A DNA stretch of 59,440 nucleotides, filler included. It is 4 parts of 4 records of this genome, joined end to end, with 100 filler letters (N's around TTAATTAATTAA, not from the genome) between each part and the next. Parts side by side here need not be neighbours in the genome. Positions count along the whole stretch, not along the records: positions 24,967 to 52,465 come from SRR20825019_997; 3 more parts are not named here. One strand, given 5' to 3'. Positions 28,601-36,859 of the stretch are shown here, piece after piece. Numbering within the stretch: position 1 is the first letter of the stretch; the number at the start of each line of letters is the position of its first letter. Below the pieces are notes generated by a model that had not been told where the DNA came from, made no database searches, and saw only the letters and a list, made by a program, of their open reading frames with translations. Position numbers and translations under genes: made by a program.

Positions 28601-30812
28601 AGAGGAAGAGGACGAGGAAGAGGAGAATGCCAAGGAGCCAGAGGCTCCAGTGTCCGCAGTCGACGAGCAAGTGAAGCGCTTAGCGCAGCACCTTGAAGAG
28701 GAGAGACTGGCGAGACTTCATCAAGAAGCAGAAGCCACGCGAGCCATGGTGCAGCTTTCACTAGAGAAAAAGGCATTAGAAGGAGAATCCCAGAATAAGG
28801 CGCACGAGTATGAAGAGAGAATCCATGAAATATCCGAGGAACTCTCACAAGAAAAATTGAAACGGGCTGAAATTGAGACAAGAATGGCAGAATTAGGTGG
28901 TGCTACTGACGAAGAAGCTCTTCCCTGCAAGCCGAATGCTATCAATAGCGCCAATCCAAAGTCACAAATTAGTGTTGATGTTGATGATGGCAGCGATGGA
29001 TCAGAAGAAAAGTCTCAATATGTTCGGAAAGGGTTTAAAGTCCTTCGGTGCACTCCTACAGTGCAGAATCCATTTCCACCTGGCGAACAGCATGGCTTAG
29101 TGTCACCAAGGACAGAAAAGAGAATCATGGACACATTCGGTGATGACGAATTGTCAGCTGAAGCTGTGTCTCCAGAAGGGAGTGGGCCTAATGTTCATGA
29201 CTCAACTGTGGTTGAAGGCCCTCCCTGGCCAGTTGCATACAGCCCAAGTGGGGACTCTATCGGTTTGAATGCGCATTCCGAGAACGAGTTGTATCAAGTA
29301 GAGGTGGATGGCACGGTGGGTGGTGAGGAGGAGGTAACCTCTGCGGATCTTGCACTAGCTTGTGCTGGTGATGGTGGCGAGCATAACCCAGAGAATGGTG
29401 AGAATAGGTCCGAACCAGATCAAGAAGAATTGAAAACCATGCAATCTAGAGAGTCCGAGGATGTCGCAAACGCCAATAATGAAGGGACTGTCCAGAACAT
29501 GTCAGGAAGTGCACATGCTCATGAAGACACCGTACCTAGCGAGGAGGCTAGGAAGGAGACTGATAAGGAGACTGATACTCGCACTCGCATGGAAATACTT
29601 GATGATGAAATACGAGAGCTTGCTACGAGGATCTACATGATATATACAAGAGATAAGCTCAAGCCTTTTACAAGCTCGACTTTCCTTAAGTTTTTCAAAG
29701 TGTCGAGGATAGTGAATAATTCAGTCACATATTCATTTTGTGACATGATGTACTCGACCGCAATATCTGAGCTGAACAAGGAAGCTGACCCCGGCGAATG
29801 GGGGGCACCCATGATGCCTGAAGAGGTCTTTGCTGCGACATTAATGGAAATTGCTCAAATCAGGTACCCTAAATCGACTGAGGAGGGTGCCAAAGAGAAA
29901 TTGCTGGAAAGGAATATCAGGCCAGTAGCAAGCCGGCTGCAGAAGCATCTAGAAAAGGAGTCAAAAGAGTTAGACGAGGAAGCAGACGTCATTTTCAGCG
30001 GGGATGTAGTGTCCGTGCTGCGATCTCACGACATTCAACGGGCCGTACAAGTTCTGTTTAGATATTATATGGCTTTAGATAACGATGGAGACTCATGGGA
30101 GGAGATTCAGTACTCCAAGACTGGTGTCAGCCTTGACGAACTCAATAGATTTGTCAAGGACTTTTCGTTGTATGGAGATCAGCTGACTCGCTCGTCATTA
30201 GAAGTTATCTTCCATGCTGCTAACACAGGCGTCTTTGGCGACGATGATGTGGCACTTTGCTCCTATGCCGAGTTTGAGGAGTGTCTTAGTCGCATAGCTC
30301 TGCGCGCCAAAATTCCATCGAAACTGAGACAAGGAAGTGCTTCAGAAAAACTTCGGGCATTCTTCCATCACCTGGCAAATGATGACACCGTTCAAACAAT
30401 AGAGGAAAAGCTGCATCTTCATCGAGGGAAGCTTGTTGCCTTGTTGAATGAGACCGCGGATTCTGGTCAAAAGCAGCAACGGAGTCCGAAAAAGAAGAAG
30501 AAACTGACACCACACCCTCCCTCAAAATCACGCCAATCCACGCAGTCGCCCCGAAGTTCGACAAAAACTACACCGCGGGGATCTCGGAGGGGGAGCGTGA
30601 ACTCTTCCCGAGCTTCAACTCCAACCACCGCAGCCATACAGGCTGATAGAGAGAAACTATCGAATGCATTCCAGAATCTTAGTCTAGAGATGCCCCGTAA
30701 AGGCCGGGGAGACAAGTCACCGCGAGGATCGTCGTTCTCTACAACAGAGTATGGACTTGTAGAAGATGAGCTTAATGCCCCATTAGATGATCTCATGAAG
30801 CAACTAAAGTAA
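25653..30812 (+). CDS. Large eukaryotic protein, mostly low-complexity/disordered, with a central coiled coil and C-terminal tandem p25alpha/EF-hand-like domains
   Basis: Uninterrupted 1719-codon ORF, rich in P/S/E with many SP sites. Heptad region VDEQVKRLAQHLEEER...MAELGG. Two helical modules F.KF.K...I.....T....D.MY...F...L.EIA and L.RFVKDF.L....LT...L..IF...EF.ECL.RIA. Confidence 0.75.
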   Translation: MRDLEGGGKPKKVSKQKNSKNQKPPQTPTKKSPGKATAQSPKNQVSSLVEANKETQKTSPVPVPQQKPLTVENIQLQKERAQAVLTKQVLDGLSGKDGKDVVEAFLEPYPTRALAEILLRVAAVDPGALVLRKISFESFVRRSAEAFPDTDYGLPMGLQPCADSLSRVVYSMPRPHLVRVCVLMARADPMAMSMRGIRAVAAVQLLAGHVASGSGDADEIGKLYERPEEEPLEMPILPVSPPVAGGNTDGDVSSRSGIPVAEGSLASAVVEDPSFQDEHTEAASMLRANVSLGGDDTSAEGGFIRQTYVVPGKAVRRQLVTDDAISTSRQQLMDVKNQVRNIHETVSSAAEKYGKKSSSSKPEPIHPGSDLDSTPVRVPQPPAKPMPDKADRKKWRIEGKRRVADRPLPEEPTVVTPADPILERQGSILLKTFQYGLQPTLDLANRMVVRSPNGDNIPIITEEGDEVFPFDEGPLSGMGIEVVEEGDDENDLGEEEEDVAESQDCNHSGRPKMNIQRLIIPESGDSDYRETSSSMTRTPRERGVAASPRVKQNPPPRALGTFKQEGSMYAMRVNAPSAASMDFRGSGEVGRKAPNLIRRNSSGGAASPIIRSPVSEAVGGSEDSYFTPHTSLPPNVPSEPVDAAPMEPRDRTEEEKRIEHKRSMLASDPALDMPNSLQLGSTIHKAMEAGLSSNDSIARFATPRKRTNQRNPLLLPSVPVPEVIANSTPSPPRPQGLPRSAKRNGESPHSPNKNTESTVIVVEEGTRIVKRSPSPRKVRLKRPLQGGSPVAVLVPLDEKDNEVCSDVIHPQMPPPKTPGDHAFRRPIPEERMDNIDGASTDVESAVYESFTRGVARKFVSDVDGSPRILLSRGKGTIGLELDDVEPPSPAKIGVADRDPTSPKSPQQVALEEIDGILTRGRERLESMQKMLQEVKAQASGTSLGESPSKSSLRNDPRKFTVEESSPHPAPKQPKPALHAEEDEEEEDEEEENAKEPEAPVSAVDEQVKRLAQHLEEERLARLHQEAEATRAMVQLSLEKKALEGESQNKAHEYEERIHEISEELSQEKLKRAEIETRMAELGGATDEEALPCKPNAINSANPKSQISVDVDDGSDGSEEKSQYVRKGFKVLRCTPTVQNPFPPGEQHGLVSPRTEKRIMDTFGDDELSAEAVSPEGSGPNVHDSTVVEGPPWPVAYSPSGDSIGLNAHSENELYQVEVDGTVGGEEEVTSADLALACAGDGGEHNPENGENRSEPDQEELKTMQSRESEDVANANNEGTVQNMSGSAHAHEDTVPSEEARKETDKETDTRTRMEILDDEIRELATRIYMIYTRDKLKPFTSSTFLKFFKVSRIVNNSVTYSFCDMMYSTAISELNKEADPGEWGAPMMPEEVFAATLMEIAQIRYPKSTEEGAKEKLLERNIRPVASRLQKHLEKESKELDEEADVIFSGDVVSVLRSHDIQRAVQVLFRYYMALDNDGDSWEEIQYSKTGVSLDELNRFVKDFSLYGDQLTRSSLEVIFHAANTGVFGDDDVALCSYAEFEECLSRIALRAKIPSKLRQGSASEKLRAFFHHLANDDTVQTIEEKLHLHRGKLVALLNETADSGQKQQRSPKKKKKLTPHPPSKSRQSTQSPRSSTKTTPRGSRRGSVNSSRASTPTTAAIQADREKLSNAFQNLSLEMPRKGRGDKSPRGSSFSTTEYGLVEDELNAPLDDLMKQLK

Positions 30813-30930
30813 AGGGCAAATTCTACTACAAAGCTTGGTGTAAGAATTAAAACAACAATTTATAAAAAGAAATCTATCTAGATGTGGAAAATTGGGGAGT
30901 GGTCACCTGACTTCTCTGTCAGCCGTCAAC

Positions 30931-33489
30931 TCATTGCTGGGGAGGGACGCCAGGCTGCGCGGCGTTGGGACCACCAATAAGTCCCTGGGCAGTGTTGAAT
31001 AGGTTGATAGGGGAGTTGCCATCGGTGATTAACATCCCAGAGAGGTTGAGAGATGAGAGGAGCTTGGCCTGCATCTCCGGCCCAGCCTTGGCCATAGCGC
31101 AGATGGTGTCAGCGCCCAAGGCATCGACAGTCTGCTTGAACTTTGCAGCTTCAATCTCAGCGAGCTCGCGAGCCTTGTTGATCTCCAACTCATTGAGAGC
31201 ACGTGCATGAGTAATTTCATCCTCATGGCGCTTACGCATCTGCTCAAGCTCATTCTCAGACTCGATCTTAATGGCCTCAGCTTTGAGGCGCGCTTGATCC
31301 ACAGCAGCCTTGCCTTCAATTTGCGCAGCCTCGGCACGCGCGGTCGCTTCTGCCTTCGCCTGGCCAGTAGACTCTACTGCAGCACTCTGAGCCTGAAGCT
31401 CGAGGAGAGTCTTACGTTGAGCCTCCGCCGCAGCCTCGTCATCGATCTTCTGGCGCTCGAGTTTACCCTTAGCCGCCTGTTCGCGACGCTCAGCATCCTG
31501 CTTAGCCGCTGCCTCCTGGGACTTAGTGGTAATCTCAATGGCAAGCTGGACAGACTTCTGAAGAGAGTCACGTGTACGCTGATCCACAGGCTCCACAGAC
31601 TGAATATCAACGTTGGTGATAACCAAATTGTTCGAATCAAAGAAGAAGCGCTGACCGATCTTGCCGTTGGCATCCTCTCCAAACACGGCCCTACGGATGA
31701 TCCTAGCAGAGTTCTTGTGGAATTCGTCAAAAGCAACCGACGCCACAGCACCACGCACTCGGGATGCAATTGCCTTGCAGGAGTCACCAACAAAGTCAGG
31801 AACCTGGAAAAGCTTCGCAGCATCAGTCGGAGAGGTCTTATCCACCTCAAAATGCCAGTTGTAGGACAGCTGAAGAGACAGCCGAGCATGATCGGCCGTC
31901 TCGACAGACACCAGATCGGTGGCGAAGTCAGGGCCAAGGAGAAGAGCAAGGGCCTTGATCACGCCAGGGCGCTTCGGCTTATCGCCAGAGAGAGACATAG
32001 TAGTGAACTCCTCATCAGGTTCAAGCATCACAAGATCAGGACCAAAGACGACGCGGGCGGCCTTCTTAGCATAGTCATAAATCTGGACGGCGGCGTTGTG
32101 AGGAACGCGGAAAGAAACGACACGGGTCTTGTCGCGCTCTCCAGAATCAATGCTGTCACCACGTGGACCGGCTGTGCGATTCACGCTCACGTCGAAGTCC
32201 TTAGAAAGTAAACGCTCAACCATTGGAGACAGGCGCTTCTCCCAGAGCTCCTCATTAGGAGCCAACATGAACGTGTGGCCAATTACGGAGCGGACCTTGC
32301 CCGTGGTGAAATCACGAACGTACACACCCTCATTCTCGTCAAGAGGGATGGCGCCACGCTTCTCAATAACCTCCACCTCAACAGGAGGGACGTAGTCACA
32401 AGGGCCGTAGATCATCCAGCGGTCTCCAGGACCACGACGGCCATCCTTGGCAGCTTTGTCGCTGAACTCCTCGCGAGCGATAAGAAGAAGCGCCTCCTCG
32501 GCCTCCAGAACAAACACATCCTGAATTCCTGCCTCAAGGCGCTCTCCAGGCTGAAGGAAGAACTTGCACTCGCCCTTACGAAGCTCCTTCTGGCCGATGC
32601 ACTGCTTGTCATTCTTCCAAGGATCAATCACCACGGCGTACTGCCGAGACGACAAGGTTGTAATCTCTGTCTTGCCCACGACCTCTTCATAAATATCGGG
32701 AATGTGTGTCTCTGCCATTTCGTTCGTGACCAACCATTCCTCACCAGCCTTCCTCTGCTTCCCGGACTGATCAGTAAAAGTACGAGTCGCGCGGAGGTGC
32801 AGAGAAATACGGTCGGTAAGTACAAACGCCTTCACAGTTTTCAACACCTGTTCATCAACGCCAGGCAAATAAGTTCCAGGAGTGCGGTGAATCCACTCCT
32901 CACCGGCGGTGCGATTCACTCCAGACCTATCAACGCAGCTCTTGCGAGCAACAAGCTTCAGTGCCTGGTTGGGAAGGATAATGCTGGCCTGAATGGTCTC
33001 AACAACAGTGATGGCGACGGAGGGAACATATGTCTTGGGTCCTTCACACAAGAACTCATCGCCAGCTAGACGCTTGGTACCATCATACTCAGTATCGCGA
33101 TCCGCGCGAAGGCGAAGAGCTGTATCTTGTTTGACGACAGTAAGAGGGGTGACTGCCTGCTTAAGCTTCTCGCCAGGGTAGAGAGGGAAGGGTTCCTGCT
33201 CCAAACGAACTTCGGAGTCACCATATCGTAGCTTCATTTCGCCATTCTTAGTAAGGATTCCCTCGCCCTTCTCGTTCCTCTGAATGGGGTTCTGAACGAT
33301 AACATAGTTCTGAGGAGGAATAGCGATAAGCTCTTCTGGACCAAGAACAAGCCTCTCATGTTCCTGACGAGTGAAGGTCATCGGACCTTGCACAACACGA
33401 GTCACGTTCGTGTTATTATCCAACACATGAATGTATGAAGTCGGTGAAAGCCGAATAACGGCAGGCTGAGCACCATCTTTGCCAGACAT
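30931..33489 (-). CDS. MVP: Major vault protein (852 aa, full length)
   Basis: [27 protein letters not shown], repeated R.AGEEW vault repeats, [13 protein letters not shown], shoulder LLLGPDF...[18 protein letters not shown], cap helix [21 protein letters not shown] and cap ring [20 protein letters not shown]. The ORF-track start (33501) lies inside an intron, so ATG 33489 is preferred. Confidence 0.96.
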   Translation of the reverse strand: MSGKDGAQPAVIRLSPTSYIHVLDNNTNVTRVVQGPMTFTRQEHERLVLGPEELIAIPPQNYVIVQNPIQRNEKGEGILTKNGEMKLRYGDSEVRLEQEPFPLYPGEKLKQAVTPLTVVKQDTALRLRADRDTEYDGTKRLAGDEFLCEGPKTYVPSVAITVVETIQASIILPNQALKLVARKSCVDRSGVNRTAGEEWIHRTPGTYLPGVDEQVLKTVKAFVLTDRISLHLRATRTFTDQSGKQRKAGEEWLVTNEMAETHIPDIYEEVVGKTEITTLSSRQYAVVIDPWKNDKQCIGQKELRKGECKFFLQPGERLEAGIQDVFVLEAEEALLLIAREEFSDKAAKDGRRGPGDRWMIYGPCDYVPPVEVEVIEKRGAIPLDENEGVYVRDFTTGKVRSVIGHTFMLAPNEELWEKRLSPMVERLLSKDFDVSVNRTAGPRGDSIDSGERDKTRVVSFRVPHNAAVQIYDYAKKAARVVFGPDLVMLEPDEEFTTMSLSGDKPKRPGVIKALALLLGPDFATDLVSVETADHARLSLQLSYNWHFEVDKTSPTDAAKLFQVPDFVGDSCKAIASRVRGAVASVAFDEFHKNSARIIRRAVFGEDANGKIGQRFFFDSNNLVITNVDIQSVEPVDQRTRDSLQKSVQLAIEITTKSQEAAAKQDAERREQAAKGKLERQKIDDEAAAEAQRKTLLELQAQSAAVESTGQAKAEATARAEAAQIEGKAAVDQARLKAEAIKIESENELEQMRKRHEDEITHARALNELEINKARELAEIEAAKFKQTVDALGADTICAMAKAGPEMQAKLLSSLNLSGMLITDGNSPINLFNTAQGLIGGPNAAQPGVPPQQ

Positions 33490-33491
33490 AT

Positions 33492-33548
33492 CTATGCACA
33501 AGAGTCAGTCTACCACTTTCTCACTCCCAAACCTATAATGCCACTCAC
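33492..33548 (-). other. 57-nt spliceosomal intron in the MVP 5' UTR
   Basis: GTGAGT...GACTGAC...GCATAG, ending 2 nt before the ATG. Confidence 0.7.
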
Positions 33549-33677
33549 TTGCAATTTCTTAACAAAGTACTGTGTTCATTAATTTTTTGATTTAAGTCAA
33601 TATTTATAGATTTTTCGCTGACTGTTGGGGGCGAGTTTGACTAACTGGGCCGGGAAAGGAAAGATGGACGTGGGTTA

Positions 33678-33713
33678 TTGCAGCGAGTTCTGAAGTTGCA
33701 GGGAGTTCTGAAG
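33678..33713. repeat. 18-bp tandem duplication upstream of MVP
   Basis: TTGCAGCGAGTTCTGAAG followed by TTGCAGGGAGTTCTGAAG (1 mismatch). Confidence 0.8.
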
Positions 33714-34427
33714 TTAGGAATGTTGAGGAACGAAGATGGCAAACCACAATCCCCCCCACAAGAGCGCTTGATCCTAGTGCCGGGAGTAGGGCCGGGCACC
33801 CCTCATGCAGTGTGATGCAGTGCGCGACCCCAGCAGTGAGGGAGTCCGCGATCACGATCTAGCGATCAGGTGGTGAGTGTGATGTCTGACCAGACCGACG
33901 AGCCGCCCGGGTTCTCTCGCGATCGCGGATTGCCAGCCTGGACGTCCTGCCGCAGTTCCAGAAGCCAGAAATTTCCCTGAATCTGCGGCGAATGCACGCT
34001 GCCAGACGGAGCCGTGGCAGCCCGGCCGGCAACGGGGCGAAGGGATCCTATCTCAGCGCATGGGCCCTCAGCAAGCCAATGACTCCGGGGATTTGATGAA
34101 AATTGCGTCGGTTACTCTATATCTCTGCCTTCCCGCCACCGTTCCTGACGGCGCCCCGGGATCAGCGGGACTGGAATGGCACCCGGCTGGTTTCTTCGGC
34201 CAAGCTGAGCCGGACTGGAGTCGTCACGCGCGGCTGGGGGTGCAAGCCGACCGGCCGGCACGGGGAAAGGGTCAGGCGGTCTGGGGGTGGGGCGGCGCTG
34301 ACCGCCTTAAACCATCCTGGGGTTACTCTCACGAGCTCCAGTACCCACCCTTTTGGGCAAAGCCTCCTTTGGACAACACCTTCTCCGTGGATAGATTGAA
34401 ATAGCGCTCGTGCATAAGGTCACGCTA

Positions 34428-34826
34428 ATGGATGGAGGAAATATGTCACGAGTACCAAAGCGTGAACCTGAGTCTGACGAGGAGTATGCACCCGACGGAG
34501 ATATTAAGCGACAGAAGCTAGGAGAAGCTTCGATGAGCAAGAGCACAGAGCCCACTGCGAAGCAGCGCAACGATGATGGCGAGGTGTACTGGGAGGTATG
34601 AGAATAGCATCACGGAAGTGTTATGGCTAAGGTGACTCTGCAGCTTGGGAGAAACAAGCGTGTCACAGTTAGAACTTTCAAAGGCCAAACACTTGTTGAC
34701 TTTCGCGAGTACTATGAAAAGGATGGAAAGAAACTGCCCGGAAAGAAGGGTCTCTCTTTGACCACCGAAAACTTCAAGAAGTTTTGTGAGTTCTTTGAGG
34801 ATATCAAAGAAGAAGCCAAAAAGTAA
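34428..34826 (+). CDS. SUB1: Transcriptional coactivator PC4/Sub1 ssDNA-binding protein; join(34428..34595,34644..34826), alternative start 34443
   Basis: Removing the 48-nt intron GTATGA...GCTAAG...TGCAG gives YWE|LGRNKRVTVRTFKGQTLVDFREYYEKDGKKLPGKKGLSLT, the PC4 domain. Confidence 0.9.
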
Positions 34827-34933
34827 TATGACCGCACGCCCTTGTTCCCAAGTAGTGTTAGCGCCCCAGATAATCTGAGAGTAATGTGCACTTCGCGCGG
34901 AAAACTTGTTACAAATGAAAGCGAAACATAAAT

Positions 34934-35771
34934 TTAGTCCCTCCAAATTCTGACACCAACTGTACGGCCGTCAAACTGCGCTTTGTCGAACATTGTGATA
35001 GCCGCATTAGCTTCATCGGCACTGGAATATACGACGGTGCCTGTTCCCTTTGATCGACCATTCTGGTCAAGAGCAACATCGGCGCGAACCACGTTGCCAG
35101 CGTGACGGAAAGTATCCTTGAGATCTTGCCACGAGAATCCATACGGCAGCTAACAGCCGATGTCAAGAAAGTTACAACAGCTATCCACTAATATACCCAC
35201 ATTGCTGACATAAATCATGCGGCCGCCGGTACCTTCACTTTTGCTGTTGCTTGCACCAGCAGATACACCAGCTTTTCCTTCTTCACGATCCTCGCGGACA
35301 AAGATTTGGCGGTCGTCAAGGTGTGTGTCATTAAGTTGCGCAATCGCGTTGGCAGCCTCTTTTGCGGTAGAATACTCGACGAGACTGTGACGTACGCATG
35401 GTCAGAAGACAGTTTATCTTCACTGCACAAAGCTTGCTTACCCACAGCCCTACCCAAGCCAAGACAAAAAAATAAGTGACAAAACAAGTTTAGCGTTCTA
35501 CCTAAAGAGCCAAAGTAAACCCGCACCTTTGAACGACCGCTAGACTCCATCAGCACATCAGCATGAATTACATTGCCAGCCTGCCTCATATGATCCTTCA
35601 AAGTTTGCCAGGTTGTAGCATAAGAAAGGTTTCCTACGTACACCCTCGCTCCAGACTACCCCGACGACAATTAATTAAACGCGTTCCGATAGTTTCAAGA
35701 CGTACCTGACCACCGCGCCTGGGTGCTCCATTCCGGGTTGTAACAACAGTTTTATTCTCGTTGCGCGTCAT
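34934..35771 (-). CDS. Two-RRM RNA-binding protein (Gbp2/Hrb1/hnRNP-M-like), 200 aa; exons 35771-35706, 35655-35527, 35449-35442, 35384-35201, 35149-34934
   Basis: Four GT-AG introns (50, 77, 57, 51 nt) restore one frame: RVYVGNLSYATTWQTLKDHMRQAG...GRSK|GCG|LVEY...QIFVREDRE and IYVSN|LPYGFSWQDLKDTFRHAG...GRSKGTGTVVY. Confidence 0.9.
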
Positions 35772-36859
35772 ATAAGGCTTATCACGACCACCACTTCCAC
35801 TATATTTTCGGACAGGGCCGTCTCTCTAAAACAATAGTAAGTTCTTGCAGAAGCAAGTAAGGTTTCATCTTCGCACCATTCTTCGAAAACTCGAAGCTTG
35901 ATTGTACAAGCTGCGGTGGGAGGATAATTGTAATAATGCCCCCATAACAGCGCAGACAAGTGCAGGTGACACTGCCCTAAGGCCAATGGAAGGACTGACG
36001 ACGCAAGCGCGGCCCCTACATGCAGTAGAGATATACGGCGACTCAAGTCCGAAAGGGTCGGCCCGCTGGCTCCCCTGAGCACCAGTCAGCTGTGCCGGTG
36101 CGCTCGCACGAGGCGCGCTGAAGTTTCCTCCGTGGCGGCCTGCCGAATTGCCGTATGCGTGGGGGCTGGCGTCGTCCGCGTTGGAGCGCAGTCTGAAGAC
36201 TGGCGGCCCCTCCGGCTCACGAGGAGGGCGTGGTGCCATGGTGCGGCTACCTGGTTGTCGTGGCAGGCGGCCACGCGGGCCCCGGACGAGCGCGCCGACC
36301 GTGATCCGGGACGGCGCCGCCCCCGGCCGCCGTCTGAACTAGAGCGGTGACCGGTGACAGCGCCCTGGCAGTGCTTCGACTATGATGCCCCTCCTCGATT
36401 GTGGCCGAAATTATTTTATTTTACATTATAAGGCTAATCGGAGAATTTCGTTAATCTCTGGTGGTGTGTTGTAGCCAAATCTTGCACACGCGGAAAAACC
36501 AGGGGTGTCTCCGGCCCCCACCGATCGTATCGCGCACCACCCACGAGCTATCGAACAGCGTACTACAGTTACCTTCCATTGCGGGCAACCGCTGCAGCCG
36601 GCGGGCTCTCCAGTCAGTTGGATCGTTCATACTTTGAGTCTGCATTTGCTCCTTGCGCCTCCAGGCGCAACAAACGGCTAATAGTGTGCGCGACTTGCTT
36701 TGACACCTCGAACAGACAAAAGGCGTTCTCAACAGTTTATCAATATCATCACGCACAGCTACACAGCTTTAACGCACTCCCTATCACAACACATGACACC
36801 ATAAAACAGTCACCCAACCCAACACATCTGCACATCAGTCAACCATACAAAACAAAAGC

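Noticed and set aside
31207-33069. Plus-strand ORFs of 334 and 264 aa opposite MVP
   Set aside because: Antisense shadows of the MVP codon bias, with no domain signal.
33550-34420. A vault RNA gene next to MVP
   Set aside because: I found no convincing Pol III A-box/B-box pair with a T-run terminator. Only a covariance-model search could exclude it fully.
35669-35678. AATTAATTAA inside the RRM gene as a residual linker
   Set aside because: It has no flanking Ns and lies within a normal 50-nt intron, where it probably provides the branch region.
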